DNA of 64,000 nucleotides from Octopus sinensis (Eukaryota), in NCBI RefSeq assembly GCF_006345805.1, contig NC_043004.1:9734001-9798000 (forward strand), in the 5' to 3' direction. Positions 51,856-64,000 of the stretch are shown piece after piece. The position numbers and the translations under genes are program-made. Below the pieces are notes generated by a model. It made no database searches and was not told the origin of the DNA. It was given only the letters and a program-made list of their open reading frames with translations. How positions within the stretch are numbered: position 1 is the stretch's first letter; every line of letters starts with the position of its first letter.

Positions 51856-52177
51856 TGTATGTATGTATGTATGTATGTATGTATGTATATATTTGTGTGT
51901 TTGTGTCTGTGAGTCTGTGATTGTCTCCCTACCATCACTGGATAACCGATGCTGGTTTGTTTAAGTCCCCGTAACCTAGTGACAGTATATTTTGCGCCTA
52001 AAATGTAGCCTGACACGGTTGAGTGAACATGTCCAGTTACAGTCAAGGCACTCCAAATTTAATCTGTCTGGTTGGAGAGTGGACAGGAGTCGTTTGCGTG
52101 TTGTCCAGTGGCTAAAGTTTAGGTTGTCTGCTCTGTAGATTCCTCATGTTATGTATGTTTGTAAATATATATATGTA

Positions 52178-53036
52178 CGAGGGGAAATCATAAATTATCC
52201 GCACTTTCGCCATAACATATCTGCATTATTTTCACACTGCCTTCTGCGTATGCTTGGTTATAGTTGGTACTACTGTGGTCATGTAATCGAAGTTTTTTTT
52301 TCTTTCTGGCTTTACAGTGCAAGCATGTCCGCTCTTCTTGGAATGTGCACCAAATGCGAACAAAGAGCTGTGATCTGGTTTCTAGCTCGTTCTCTGCATC
52401 TCAGTCATAGCTCTGCCTATCAAATCATCCACGATGAGCTCGGCTCCCATAAAGTCTGTGCAAGATGGGTGCCAAGAGAGCTTACTGCAGAGCACAAGTG
52501 CAAACGTTTTGAGGTCTGTCAACCTCTATTCGATCGCTACAACAATGAGGGAGAGGAAGTTTTGAGCCGAATAGTCAGAGGAGATGAAACGTGGGTCCAT
52601 CTTTATGAGGCAGAATATAAAAGACAGAGTATGGAGTGGAAGCATCCTGGTGATGCTAACCTTTTAGGGGGACTCAAAAGAGCCTATACTGGAAGGCTAC
52701 TTGGAAAAGGGGTGTAAAATCAACAATACAAGATATAGTACTTTGCTGGCAACAAACTCAAGCCAGCAATTCGCAACAAACGCCAAAGCTAATTGTTGAA
52801 GAAAGTTTTGTTGTTGCATAACAATGTACACCAACACAAGGCCGCTCTGATCGTCGAAACTATTAGCCAATTGGGTTTTGAGGTGCTGGAACACCCTGTC
52901 TACAGCCCAGATCCGTTGTACCAAGTGCATCGAAAAGGAAGGAGACTATAAAGAAAAATGACGTACTTGTTTATCCCTTGCTTTTATATAAATACATTGG
53001 AAAAACAGGAGTGTGTACAATTTTTGACTCTACCTC

Positions 53037-53037
<1 letters not shown>
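52178..53037 (+). mobile_element. Mariner (irritans-like) transposon, internally deleted, both TIRs and TA target duplication
   Basis: TA|cgaggggaaatcataaatt ... aatttttgactctacctcg|TA; KVCARWVPRELT, RIVRGDETWVH, EVLEHPVYSPD. Confidence 0.92.
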
Positions 53038-53072
<35 letters not shown>

Positions 53073-53073
53073 T

Positions 53074-53190
53074 ATTTTACTCTTTTACTTGTTTCAGTCA
53101 TTTGACTGCGGCCATGCTGAAGCACTGCCTTTAATTGAAGAAATTGATCCCAGGACTTATTCTTCTTTGTAAGCCTAGTACTTATTCTAA
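53074..53190 (-). mobile_element. SINE family C, 3' end
   Basis: ttttactcttttacttgtttcagtcatttgactgcggccatgctg. Confidence 0.75.
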
Positions 53191-53214
53191 CATAACCACG
53201 AAGCTAGATATTTG

Positions 53215-53580
53215 AGAAGTGGGGTCAGACAATTAAATCAACCTGTTCTCAACTGGAATTTTATATTATTTTATCGACCATGCAACGATAAAAGGCAGTG
53301 TTCGAAGTCAACGTAAAGGACTGTAATTAGTGGAAGATTGTCTGACGCTCTGACTCTTTTGTCGTTCAAATAATTGTTTCGTAATGCAAAGAACAAGGCC
53401 ACAGATTTGTGTGGAGGTGGTTTGCAGATAAACTGACTTTAGTACCTGATTAGTACGTTATTTCATTGACCCTGAAGTATAGAAGATAAAGTTGACTTCA
53501 GCTGTATTTGAACTCGGAATTCAAAAGAATGGAACAAATAACACAAGGCATTATGCCCGACGCTCTGACCGTTCTGCTAT
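53215..53580 (-). mobile_element. Two degenerate SINE family A fragments (about 53215-53330 and 53430-53580)
   Basis: ttttatcgaccatgcaacgataaaaggc; cattgaccctgaagtatagaagataaagttgacttcagctgtatttgaactc. Confidence 0.55.
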
Positions 53581-53604
53581 TCCAATGATAATAATAAATA
53601 CCCC

Positions 53605-53681
<77 letters not shown>

Positions 53682-55189
53682 CCTCTCTGAGTGTGTACGT
53701 GTGTTCGGGCACCTCTGTATGCATTTGTGTGTGTATGTAAGAGTGTGTGTGCGTGTATATCCATGTGAGTGCGCAAGTGTGTGTGTGTGCCTGCACCTAC
53801 GCATGTGTGTGTGTGTGTGCTAACGTAAGTCGTTTGTGAGTCTAGTGCTTGTTTAGTTGCCAACTTGAGGTTTACATATTTCCAATGAATGAGTGAACGC
53901 ATAAACGTTTGTGATTTTTATTCACTGTTGCGTACAGAGTTGCGTATTTCTGGAATGGTATGTTGATAGAGCGAGGTGGGTGGGGGAAGCAGTAAGGGAG
54001 ACGATGAATGTCAATTAGACAGAAGAATTAGGCAAAGGAATTGGTGTTTAACGAAGACTAAAATGACGATGAATGAATGAATGGATTGTTGCTGTTGTTA
54101 TTTAGTCCTAGGCCAGATCTAACTGAAAATAGCTATGATCAGTAGCCTTCCAGTTGTGACCATTTGGTTCTTCTCTTGGATATTGGAATCGGGAAACACA
54201 TTTTCCAATGCCTCCTATTTCTGAAGACGGCATGGTATAATTTAAGGAGCTATTGGCTGCTATTTCTTGCAAAGCGTGCGATCGTGTAGAGGCCATGTTG
54301 TTGACTACTGAATTAAGTAAATGGACAAAAGTGCGTGTAAAACAAAAGACTTTTGGGTATTTGTCGAGACCGTAGATTCGTGACGAAAATATCGGTGGAG
54401 TCGTAATGTGAAGGCGTTTTTCTTGGCATTCATTGCACACGATTTCGAGTGAAAAGAAAAGAGTGAACAATATCCGGACTGTGAATTAGAATCACAAATA
54501 GTTTCGAATGCATCTTGGAAAGACCTGATTGAGGGCGACACCGTTCTGCTAAAGTTTAACATGAAACACTTATGTCACCCCCAGTAATACTGCCAGATCA
54601 AGGATTTTAGGATGTTGTCAATGGATTTCGGGTTGAAAGTCCTACAGAATTCAGAATCTATCCCAATCGTCACTCCTGAACATAAGTTTTCTTTCTCATC
54701 ATTACATTTCAACAGAATGCAAGAGTCACTGTGCCATCGACATCACTGTACAACAAGTAAAGAACTGTGAGATAACATTCCAAATTGCAGGTGAAAAGTC
54801 TTTCACTCTCTCATCTCAGAGCACCTGCCTTTGCTGCCACCCATTGTGTTTTGCATTGAGGAATTGTGATCGTTACTTTTGCTGCAAACACATTGGAAGT
54901 GATGTCTTTTATAGTCGTCTCAGTTGCTCACTTGTCCCACGTCTAACCAATCGTTCTCTATCGTTGTTGTCTTTTTTAGCTATACTCTAATCTATTAGCT
55001 ATACTCTAACGGCTCTCTTTAAATAAACACGCCCCCAGCTGTTAACGATATCCCCCACCCCACCTCTTTCTCGCTAATTTAGTTACTGTAAGCTTTTCGC
55101 ACTGCGAATAACAGGACCAGCTTGGAGAAACCAGTCCCCGATCTTGATTGATTGATCACGTTACAATTTAAGGTCGTTAATGCCTTACT

Positions 55190-55420
55190 GATTTTGGCTG
55201 ACAAGACCAAACGATGTCGAAACGCTGTGTGTCCTCGTCTCCCTTGCACTAATGATTCAAATGTGTTATTAAACAAAGCATGTTCGTCATAAAGGAGTTG
55301 TTCTCTTGTGATGGGAACACAACAGTGATTGGCATATCCCCCGTTCGAATACACCTGAATATATTAAGAATAATTATATAAGTCATATTTTAGTTTCTCG
55401 CTGTTCCACGGCGATTTGTT
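55190..55420. repeat. Third copy of the unidentified repeat at 21825-22300
   Basis: cccttgcactaatgattcaaat, aaggagttgttc, acacaacagtgatt, tttctcgctgttcc, and ttttggctgacaa align to copies 1/2. Confidence 0.6.
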
Positions 55421-55879
55421 TTGTCAATAATCCTACTTTCAAACATTTCGATTCCGTGCTGCTCTCCGCCATCACTATTCGGTTCGTTTGATCTGCTCTT
55501 TACGAGCTGCTGTTATTCCACCGCCGCTATTTCGTTTGTTTCTCGATCGCTGACATCCAGGTCAATCATTTCAACCACTTTACCGGTTCTGCTGGCATAT
55601 TTCACCATTATTTCATTTGACGCTCCACTGATTCTGCAGTCATCCACCACCTTGGATGAACTGAGTTCGAATTGTTTGTATATTTGTGTTTTTATTTGTC
55701 CAACAGTAAACAGACTTTTATTTAAGATAAACTGTCGATGGAGTGTTGTTGGGGGAGGTCGGTTTGGGGTGGAAAAGGCGACCAGCTATCAGTAAAAGTT
55801 TTCCAGTCTAAAGAGGGTGTTGTGTTTCTTGAAACAACATGTCACTTAGCAATATCACAGCTAAGGTGATATCAGGGGA

Positions 55880-56460
55880 GGGCATCCCCGTTCAGACTTG
55901 AGGGGCTGGGAAAGGTAGTGAGAAAAATAGAGAGAAAAGAAAGATAGAAAGAGTAGCACGAAGAAGGAAAAGGGGAGAGAGAGAGAGAGAGAAAGAGAGT
56001 GAAGTGACAAATATTAAACACGAAAGAAAGAGAGAGGAAAAGGAAAAGAAACACTGGGATAAGTGTATAGAAATAATGAAATGAAGAAAAGCAGAAATAA
56101 GTTAAGAAATAATGAACGAGAGACAGCGAAGAAATGAATGAATGAATGAATAAAAGAAAAAGAAAGAAAGAGAAAAAGAGTATGAAGGGAAGAAACAGTA
56201 AGAGTGAAAGAAACAATGAACAAGAGACGACGAAGAAATGAAATTGAATAAATAAAAGAAAAAGAAAGAAAGAAAGAAAGACAGAAAGAAAGAAAGAAAG
56301 AAGGAAAGAGAAAAAAAGAGTATGAACGGAAGAAAGAATGGAGGAAAGAAAAAGAAAGATGAAAAGGGAAAAGGGGAGTGAGCGAGAAAGAAAAACCAAA
56401 AAGGAAAAATGCAAGAGAGGAAGGAAAGCGAAGATAAGTGGTGGTTTGTTTCTTTTCTCC
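55880..56460. repeat. Purine-rich (GAAA/GA)n low-complexity tract
   Basis: Directly visible. Confidence 0.9.
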
Positions 56461-56708
56461 ATTTCGTGTTGAAATTCTCATCGGTTTTTGTCGCTTGAAC
56501 GAATACATTACTGTCATCTTTACAAGAATATGTTGAAGAGTTTAACAAAAATAGGTATAAAAGAAATAAATAAACATATATATAAGTAATGAATAAATAA
56601 ATATAAGTGGGTGGGCGGGTGGGTTTGAGGGTGGGTGGGCGGCAAAGAACGGAAAGTTTGGAAGGTCTTGAGAAATCGCCTTGTAAGCGTTATAGTTTAT
56701 TAGTGAAT

Positions 56709-56747
<39 letters not shown>

Positions 56748-56925
56748 TGTACGCGTATGTACCAGTGCGTAAGGGAGGATGGAAAAGGACTGAGCGAACA
56801 TATGGGTAGGAATTCGTCAAGTCGTTGTACGAAGGCTTTGTCAATGATGATGATGATGATCATCATCATCGTGATGATTAGGAGGAGGATGAAGTGTAGG
56901 AGGGCGAGGGCAATGGTGATGGTTG

Positions 56926-56957
<32 letters not shown>

Positions 56958-56977
56958 GCGTATACGTATATTTGTGT

Positions 56978-57014
<37 letters not shown>

Positions 57015-57029
57015 CTCTTTGTAAGGAAC

Positions 57030-57375
57030 TGCATGGTTTTGCGTTCAGTCCCACAACACGGCACCTTCGGCGAGTGTGACGACCAATGCCCTTTCAGTGA
57101 GTTTAGCAAGGGGTAACAGTATGGAAGCTCATCATGTTTGTGTGTGTGTGTGTATTGTTTTTATTAGTATTTGCGTTTGCACACCCACGGCACTTGAAAC
57201 TGGAGTTGGTTTGTTTACGTCTCTGCAACTTAGCTGTTCGGCAAATTAAGCCGATAGAATAAGTACCAGATTTTGAGAAGTACTAAGATCAATTTATTCT
57301 ACTAGAGCCTTTAATGTGGTGCACCAGCATGGCCTCAGTTCTGTGACTGAAACAAGTAACAGAAGGTAAAAGATA
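57030..57375 (+). mobile_element. Diverged SINE family C
   Basis: gttcagtcccacaacacggcaccttcggcgagtg...ttcggcaaattaagccgatagaataagtacc...gactgaaacaagtaa. Confidence 0.7.
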
Positions 57376-58703
57376 AGTTTAAGCAAAATCTACTTCATGG
57401 ATAGCATAGATCAGGAGAACTAAAGTACGTCTGAAATATGACAAGATCTCACTGTGAGCTCAATATGAATGTGAATCCATTCACTCTAACTGATGTACGG
57501 GCAAAAGGAAGGAGAGAGAGTTTCCTCACAGATATTGTTTAATTAATGGCGTGCTGTCAAAAGCATCAATAGGTAAGTTAGAATATCCACTACGGTGCTC
57601 AGCTAGTTTACGACTGATTTATAAGTAGTTGATGTGTGATGATAAAGAACGAAAACTGTGTGTAGTCTCTGAAGAATGGCTCATCGAGGGGGGGTTCCCC
57701 AACTTTTTTGCTCATAAGTATTATAGAAAAACATTGTTTACACTCTTATTTCACTCATGGTGAGGCTTTATAATAGTTTTTCTTTCTGTCTTCTGATTCC
57801 GCTGTACCATGGATAAATAGGTATTGAGCCGTAGAAATATGTAAATTAGGTTAGCTACCACACGTTAATTCACAACTACTTCATACGCAGTTGTTTTATT
57901 GAGAAAAGAAGCTGGGTACGCCTCCTCTGAGGAGTGTTTAACAAACTGTGAAACTGTCTGACAGCAGACTCGTTCGTTCTTGTTTCAGCATATCAAAAGC
58001 ATAAAAGGAATGTGTGTTCACATTGTTATTTAACTACAGTGAGGCTTTATAAAATTTACTGTAGAGTAAGAAAGAAAAGTGAAGCTTCACAACATGCAAC
58101 ACAAGAAGTGATTATAGTTAAGAATACATTTTTAATCTTGCTCTAAAACAATTTCGAGAATTTACCTCCCAATTCATAAAATCGCTATTGACACACAAAT
58201 AATTGCAATTTTAATCTAGTTATTCCACCTGCATACTCCTAATTAGGTGTTATAGACCCAAAATTTGATTAAAGAAAATTAAGAAATATAATTTTTATAG
58301 AATCAATTGATTCATATGCTCCATAGCTTGTTATCACGTAATTAATCTCAGCGTTATGTTGTTGCTGTTGTTCTTCTGTTGTTTAGCTCCGGGTCAAACT
58401 TGATGCGCCAAAAATATAATCAAAGGCATTCGAACGTTGATAAACAATGCATTTTCAGGGCAAATCTAGAACTGCACAAAGGAATTAAGAGAGTCGTTAG
58501 CGTGTCGAATGGATTACCTTATAATCCTTGTTCCGGTTGGCTGCATTTTGGGTTCAAATCCCTTCGACACACTTTATCCGTTCAGTGTCCAAAAATAGTC
58601 TCCTTCTGGGACGATTTATATTCCCTCTCTTTCTCCTTCCTTCGATCTCTCCCTCCAATCTGTCCCTTCCTAAATCTCTCCCTCCCTCAATCTCTCTCTT
58701 CCT

Positions 58704-58760
<57 letters not shown>

Positions 58761-59124
58761 TCCATCTCTCTCTTTCTCTGTAGTAAGACAGGGAGAAGAA
58801 TGAGCTCCGGTCAAGTGTAGATATTTAATTCACGCCGTGTAACACGACGGAGCGCCTACAATTTCATTCGCATTGCGGGCTTAAAGCTAACGTGTTCTTG
58901 CTTCATTTAAAACAAAGAGGGTACATGGTTACGATCTCAAGCAGGGTGAGCAACCACATAGATGGTCTCTATTTGGTGCATCCACGACTACGTTTTACTG
59001 TAAGGATTAACTTATATAACTATTCAAATTGAACTTCGAGAGCATCAGTCTTTGTCTTAGAAGCACAGTGTTCTTCCTGCGTGGCTAAAGTTGCAAAAAG
59101 ATATAATAATAATAATAATAAATG

Positions 59125-59194
<70 letters not shown>

Positions 59195-60449
59195 CAAGAA
59201 CAATAATAATAAAGTAATAAATAACTCAAGTAACTGAAAATTATTTTAAAAACTAGTAACTAACAAAGAATCTAGCCATTTTCTCTGGTTGTGACGGACG
59301 TAATTTTTAAAGTATTTCTTTTCATCAGACAAACATTACCATTTTCTGGATTCATTGCCGAACGGTTAATACATTCTTTTTTTATTTCTTTCTTCTTTTT
59401 TTTACCATGGCCTCAAGTCAAGCCAAGACTAATGAGTGAAAGTGAGTAAGCATAAAGGTCTTCCTGAAAGGTCATTGAGGGAGTTGCATCTTTGATTCAA
59501 AAGTTTAAATTTTCCACTCATACATAAGTGTTGGAGCAAATATTGTTAGGTCCTCACAACGAAATCTAGAGTTCAATACATAAATTCGCCTCCATGCTGG
59601 GATTTTGGCTAACTTACCTGCCTTCTTCCTCTTCGTCCCCCTTCTCTTCTCTCTCTCCTTACCCCTCCTCTTCCAATGGGTTCCTAGTACTGCTGAAATC
59701 ATTCACACCATGACAGTCATTTAACAGCCTCCCGCCCAAAATGTGTAAGCCTTTTCTAGTACTTTCTATGTTTGCTAAAACTTTGAGATGTTTATAGATT
59801 TTCATATCTTAAGTATGATGTGATTTGCCAAGGATAAATTCCTTCACAGTAAATACGACGGGGTGTTTATAGATAGAATACTATAGCTTCTTAAAACTGT
59901 GAAACGTTGTTTATAAACTTCGATATCTTAGCTATGGTAGTCCCAACTTGCCGGCGCTACTTTCAAAAATCACTTCCCACCCGTCCTTAATCGACTGTTA
60001 GCCATATCAACTAGCAGTCCAATCAAACAGCCTGTATTAGTAGACACAAGCCCGCGTCACTGTTTAACGCCGCAGCATTAGCTAAACCAACAGTCGTAAA
60101 TCTGCCATCATTTCTTGTCTAAAGGAATCAGGGGAGACAATATTAGACCTCTCGGCTTTATAGTAATAATATAATTATAGTAATAATAATGAAACTATAT
60201 TAGCGAACTAGGAAATAATAAAATAGGTATTATAGTAATAATAGTGAAATTATAATAGTGAACAAGAATTACCTAGAATGATTAACAAGTGGCGTTGTGA
60301 AACCATCGAGTCGTCGGAGACTAAACCGGCAACCTCACTTGGTAAGGAGGGTGGAATTTCAACACCCTGAGAGACAAAAAAACAAAACTCGGCAAATGAA
60401 GAGGAACTTAAAAGAGTTAATGGCCATTCCGAAAACGGGTGGACAGAAC

Positions 60450-62280
60450 TCATGAACCTTGGTTGGCAGCCTGATCATCGAGTGCTTATATTTGTTTGGA
60501 ATTGCGAGGAATGTAACGTGTTTCCTGAAGTGAAGTATGGTGGAATGGAAAACTGAACAGACATCTTACGGAAAAAGCTTGGGCACCCTGGGTATCAGAA
60601 GAAGGATTTTCTAGGGTGTCAGTCTATCTCTGTTGCTTTTCGTTCTCTGCATGATACCCCCGAACTTGGAACTCAGGAAAATGAACTTGGCGTACCAACT
60701 AAAGATGAATTCCCAAACAATCAGCCACCTCCTCTTCATGAATGATTTCAAACTGCATGGCTAAGTTGAGACACAACTGAGGTCCTTGGTGAACATGGTC
60801 CGCTATTTTAGTATTGATATTAGATGTGAATTTGGACTGATGAAGTGCAGAGTAATTTACCTAAAAAGAGGCAAGGTACAGTCCGTAGCAGGGATAGAAT
60901 AACCGAGTAGAGACTTGATTAAACAAATTGAAACAGAAGGATTCAAATACGTTGGTGTACTAGAGTGCAACGAGATAATGGAAAAGATGAAAGAGCAACT
61001 GAGGATGTAGTATTTCCGAAGAGTGAGGTTGGTGCAGCGCTCAAACTTGACTGGATGGAATAAAATACAAGCAGTTAATCCGTGAGTGATAGCATCATTT
61101 CGGTATGGATCGGGAATTATAAAATGGCAAAAGAGAGAAATGAAAAAAATGGATGCCAAGAGCATAAAAATGTTAACAGTCCACGGAGCCTTCAACACTA
61201 AGAGTGACATTGATAGGCTGTACTTGTCCAGAAGAAAGGGTGTGAGATTTTGATCAGTTGCTAGGAATGTATCGAAGCAGAGGAAAACAGCTCAGGGTGG
61301 TATATAAAAAATGCCGTGGAGCCACAGCTGAAACACACGAAGAAGGCCGGCGTCATTAAAACTGAAAATTGTGTGATTAAAGAAAAATTTAAACAAGAAA
61401 TGAGCAAAAAAAAAGAGCGCATGGAAAGGAAAAATGTACGGTCAGTTTGCATGAGATGTCAACGCCAAGATAGATACAGAGGACCGGTGGCTATGCATGA
61501 GGAGGAGTAACCTGAAGATGGAGGCAGAAGTACTCATGTGCACAGCTCAGGAACAAGCGTTAAGGACCAATTATATGAAATACAAAATTAACAACCGATA
61601 GCGACAAATACAAAATGTGTGGTAAGAGGGGTGAAACGGTGTAGCACATCGTTGGCGAATGTCTGAAATTGGGGCAACGCGAATACAAACGACGCCATGA
61701 CAATGTGGCAAGAATAATCCATTGGGCTCTGTGGAAATCACTGCGTACAAAGAGCAAAGACTTGGTATCAGCAAACCTCAGTAGGAGTCACTGAAAATGA
61801 GAATTGCAAAATCCTGTGGGATGTAATGATCGATTGCAATCACCTGACCAAATATACAAAACCGGACGTTGTTGTAGTGAATAAAAACAGAAAGGACATG
61901 TAAGATAATTGATATGGCATGCCCCGGTGACAACAGGATCAATGGGAAAGAAGAAGAAAATATAAATAACCATGATGATTTAAAGTGTGAAATAGGAATG
62001 CTGTGGTCAATGAAGAGAGTAGAGGTGATACCAATAGTAACTGGTGCTCTTGGAAGTATCAGTACTCAGCTACCAACATGGCTGAAAAAGATTGGTGCAA
62101 GTATGAAGATAGAACGCCTATAAAGATCAGCATTGCTTGGAACTGCAAGAATTCTTTGCAGAGTTCTTGCACTTGACATTACCAGTAAATAAGTGTCACC
62201 TTAGTCTGCTGGCTGTGGACAGCTGACACTTTCCATCATACTCAGCAAAATAAGCTGTGAGTTTTCATTTAATGATAATA
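60450..62280 (+). mobile_element. R4/Dong-like RLE LINE (RT C-half to 3' end), decayed
   Basis: RIF*GVSLSLLLFVLCMIP, HLLFMNDFKL (mutated FMDD), KSDIDRLYLSRRKG, TAQEQALRT, HDNVARIIHW, PDVVVV..ACPGD, IPIVTGALG, ALLGTARIL; (TAA)n tail. Confidence 0.9.
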
Positions 62281-62289
62281 ATAATTATT

Positions 62290-62520
62290 ATTTTGTCTTT
62301 GTACAGCTTCTAACGCTGGAGATGTACTATGGTGTCAGCCGTTCACTACCAAGGAACTAAGGTACCACCCCTTATTTATCGTGCACTGTCAGGAGTATTC
62401 GAGTGGTTCCAAGCAGTGCTGTTTTCTGCAAGTTCGCCACCTTCATTGCTACTCGTATTTGCTCCAAGTACTTCTCATGTAATTATTTTTATTGTTTTCT
62501 GCTTTCTCCTTGATAATATT
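62290..62520 (-). mobile_element. R4/Dong-like LINE 3' end, tail-to-tail with the previous element
   Basis: Minus strand LQKTALLGTTRIL followed by a 3' UTR matching 24030-24135. Confidence 0.75.
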
Positions 62521-62820
62521 TTCACATTTAATTCCCATCTATTATAATAATGAGCTTGTTTGTAAGTTTGCCCAAAATCACGCAATGAAGAAGTAGCAGT
62601 GTAAGTAAGAGTAAAAAAAAGAGAAGAGACAAAATGGTAATAACAATGAGAGAGGGAGCTGTTTCAAACAACGCCTCCCACTCGCTCAACAAAATCATTT
62701 TCACTTTATTGATGAACGCTGCCTCTCTTTCTCTCACTCTATTCTATCTATCTATCTATCTACGGACGCACACACACACTCTCTCTCTCACTCTCTCTCT
62801 CTCTAATTCTCTCTCTCTCC

Positions 62821-62905
<85 letters not shown>

Positions 62906-63340
62906 AACAACAACATTTTCATTTTTATTCGGTGAACAATGATTTTTTTCTTCCTGGTAAACATCAATACCAATATATCAGATAAGTAAATAAGATTTTA
63001 GCACCTCAAAATTATTTTTTTCTATATCTCTATGGATGTTTGGCTGTTCTGGGAAATTTTTCTGCTTAATGAGTTGCAAAGTATTTACAAATACTGCCGG
63101 TACAGTGATGTTTGTAAATATTTATGAATGAAGAATTTTGCCAAGGCGGTGAAGTTTGTCTTCAAAATCTTTTTTCCATTTCAAGCGGTAAAGAGATTGA
63201 GAGACAGAGATATATAGAGAACCTGTAGACGTTACTGAAAAAATTAAGTCTGTGTGTGTGTATGGTGTTAATGTAATCCTGTGTAATTTTGGACTTTGTA
63301 TGGTTATGTAGAGAAATATAAACAAACTAACGTACACACG

Positions 63341-63416
<76 letters not shown>

Positions 63417-63464
63417 TATACTCATTCGTTTTGAAGTTTGTGTTCCGTTGCATTAAATATACTC

Positions 63465-63930
63465 ACCCACCTGCTATTGAGAATGATTCAGACAGAAGGC
63501 GACGGTTAACCAGAGAGAGACAAAGGTGAAGAACAGCCAGTCTCACTCGGGAAGAACTGGACGCAAGAAGATTAAACAATGCATCAAGGTTATTAGATCA
63601 ATCACAAGAAGTGAGACAAGAGAGACGAGCGCAAAGTGCAAGAATACAGACTCGAAGACGTCAAAATGAAAAGGAGCACCTAACTGCACAAAGGAGATAT
63701 ATCCAAAGAGAGAGAGAGAGAGAGAGAGAGCAGCACAAAAGCGCCAAGATGAAATAGAAGAGCAGGCAGCAGTGAGGAGAGAATATCTAAGAATGAGAGC
63801 ATCGCAAAGGCGACAAGGTGAAATGGAAGAGGAAGCAGCACAAATCGAATGAGAAAGAACATCGTGGAGAAGAATGGAAGAATTAATGAATACTGAAACG
63901 GACCATCCAAAACAGGGTTTTCACTAGAAA
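63465..63930 (+). pseudogene. Decayed STPR-like 23-aa repeat ORF, probably a Helitron RepHel N-terminus
   Basis: RRQNEKEH..QRERERE / AAQKRQDEIEEQAAVRREYLRMRASQRRQGEMEEEAAQ: RQDE to RQGE spacing is 23 aa; two in-frame stops and a frameshift in an (AG)n expansion. Confidence 0.6.
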
Positions 63931-64000
63931 CGTGGTGTTGAAACAATTACTGAGATAAAGGTTGAACTGTTTTTATTTTAAGTATATTATCCGTATCATT

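Noticed and set aside
55189-55354. 166-nt minus-strand candidate exon (VYSNGGYANHCCVP...) with good AG and GTAAG sites
   Set aside because: Lies within the third copy of the unidentified repeat, and the reading frame is not preserved in the two homologous copies
55421-55795. 124-aa plus ORF that looked like the antisense of a cadherin repeat
   Set aside because: The opposite-strand frame has stops and lacks cadherin motifs (DxD, LDRE, DxNDNxP)
57532-57572. 41-nt candidate exon (cag|...AG|gtaagt; YCLINGVLSKASI)
   Set aside because: Very short, weak polypyrimidine tract and no recognisable peptide; within chance expectation
60008-60170. Possible second Helitron (ACTAGCAGT identical to the end of the 30196 element)
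   Set aside because: Only 9 nt match and the subterminal hairpin is missing

Overview
Eukaryotic, AT-rich, extremely microsatellite-rich DNA. The SINE families, mariners, Penelope-like elements (PLEs) and R4/Dong LINEs match what I know of Octopus (coleoid cephalopod) genomes; this is an inference from repeat recognition, not a database hit. No intact host gene is recognisable, and nearly all long ORFs in the track are microsatellite or antisense artefacts. The window is intergenic or deep intronic and layered with transposon fossils: three tRNA-derived SINE families, three mariners, PLEs of at least three types, seven R4/Dong-like LINE pieces, RTE, CR1/L2- and Tx1-like LINEs, a Chapaev3-like transposase fossil, a 299-bp non-autonomous Helitron and a Helitron STPR-like N-terminus. 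Best second-look items: (i) five hammerhead ribozyme motifs in PLE terminal repeats, one with a full extended stem I and three sharing an atypical CUGU core; (ii) a 40 x 19-bp palindrome-containing minisatellite born from the probable catalytic-Asp codons of the Chapaev3 transposase; (iii) two PLE copies sharing an RT-dead YVDV motif; (iv) a 79-bp three-way-junction mini-MITE; (v) a 620-bp foldback; (vi) an unidentified ~200-bp repeat in three copies; (vii) one plausible 108-nt coding exon. Most boundaries were read by eye and are approximate.
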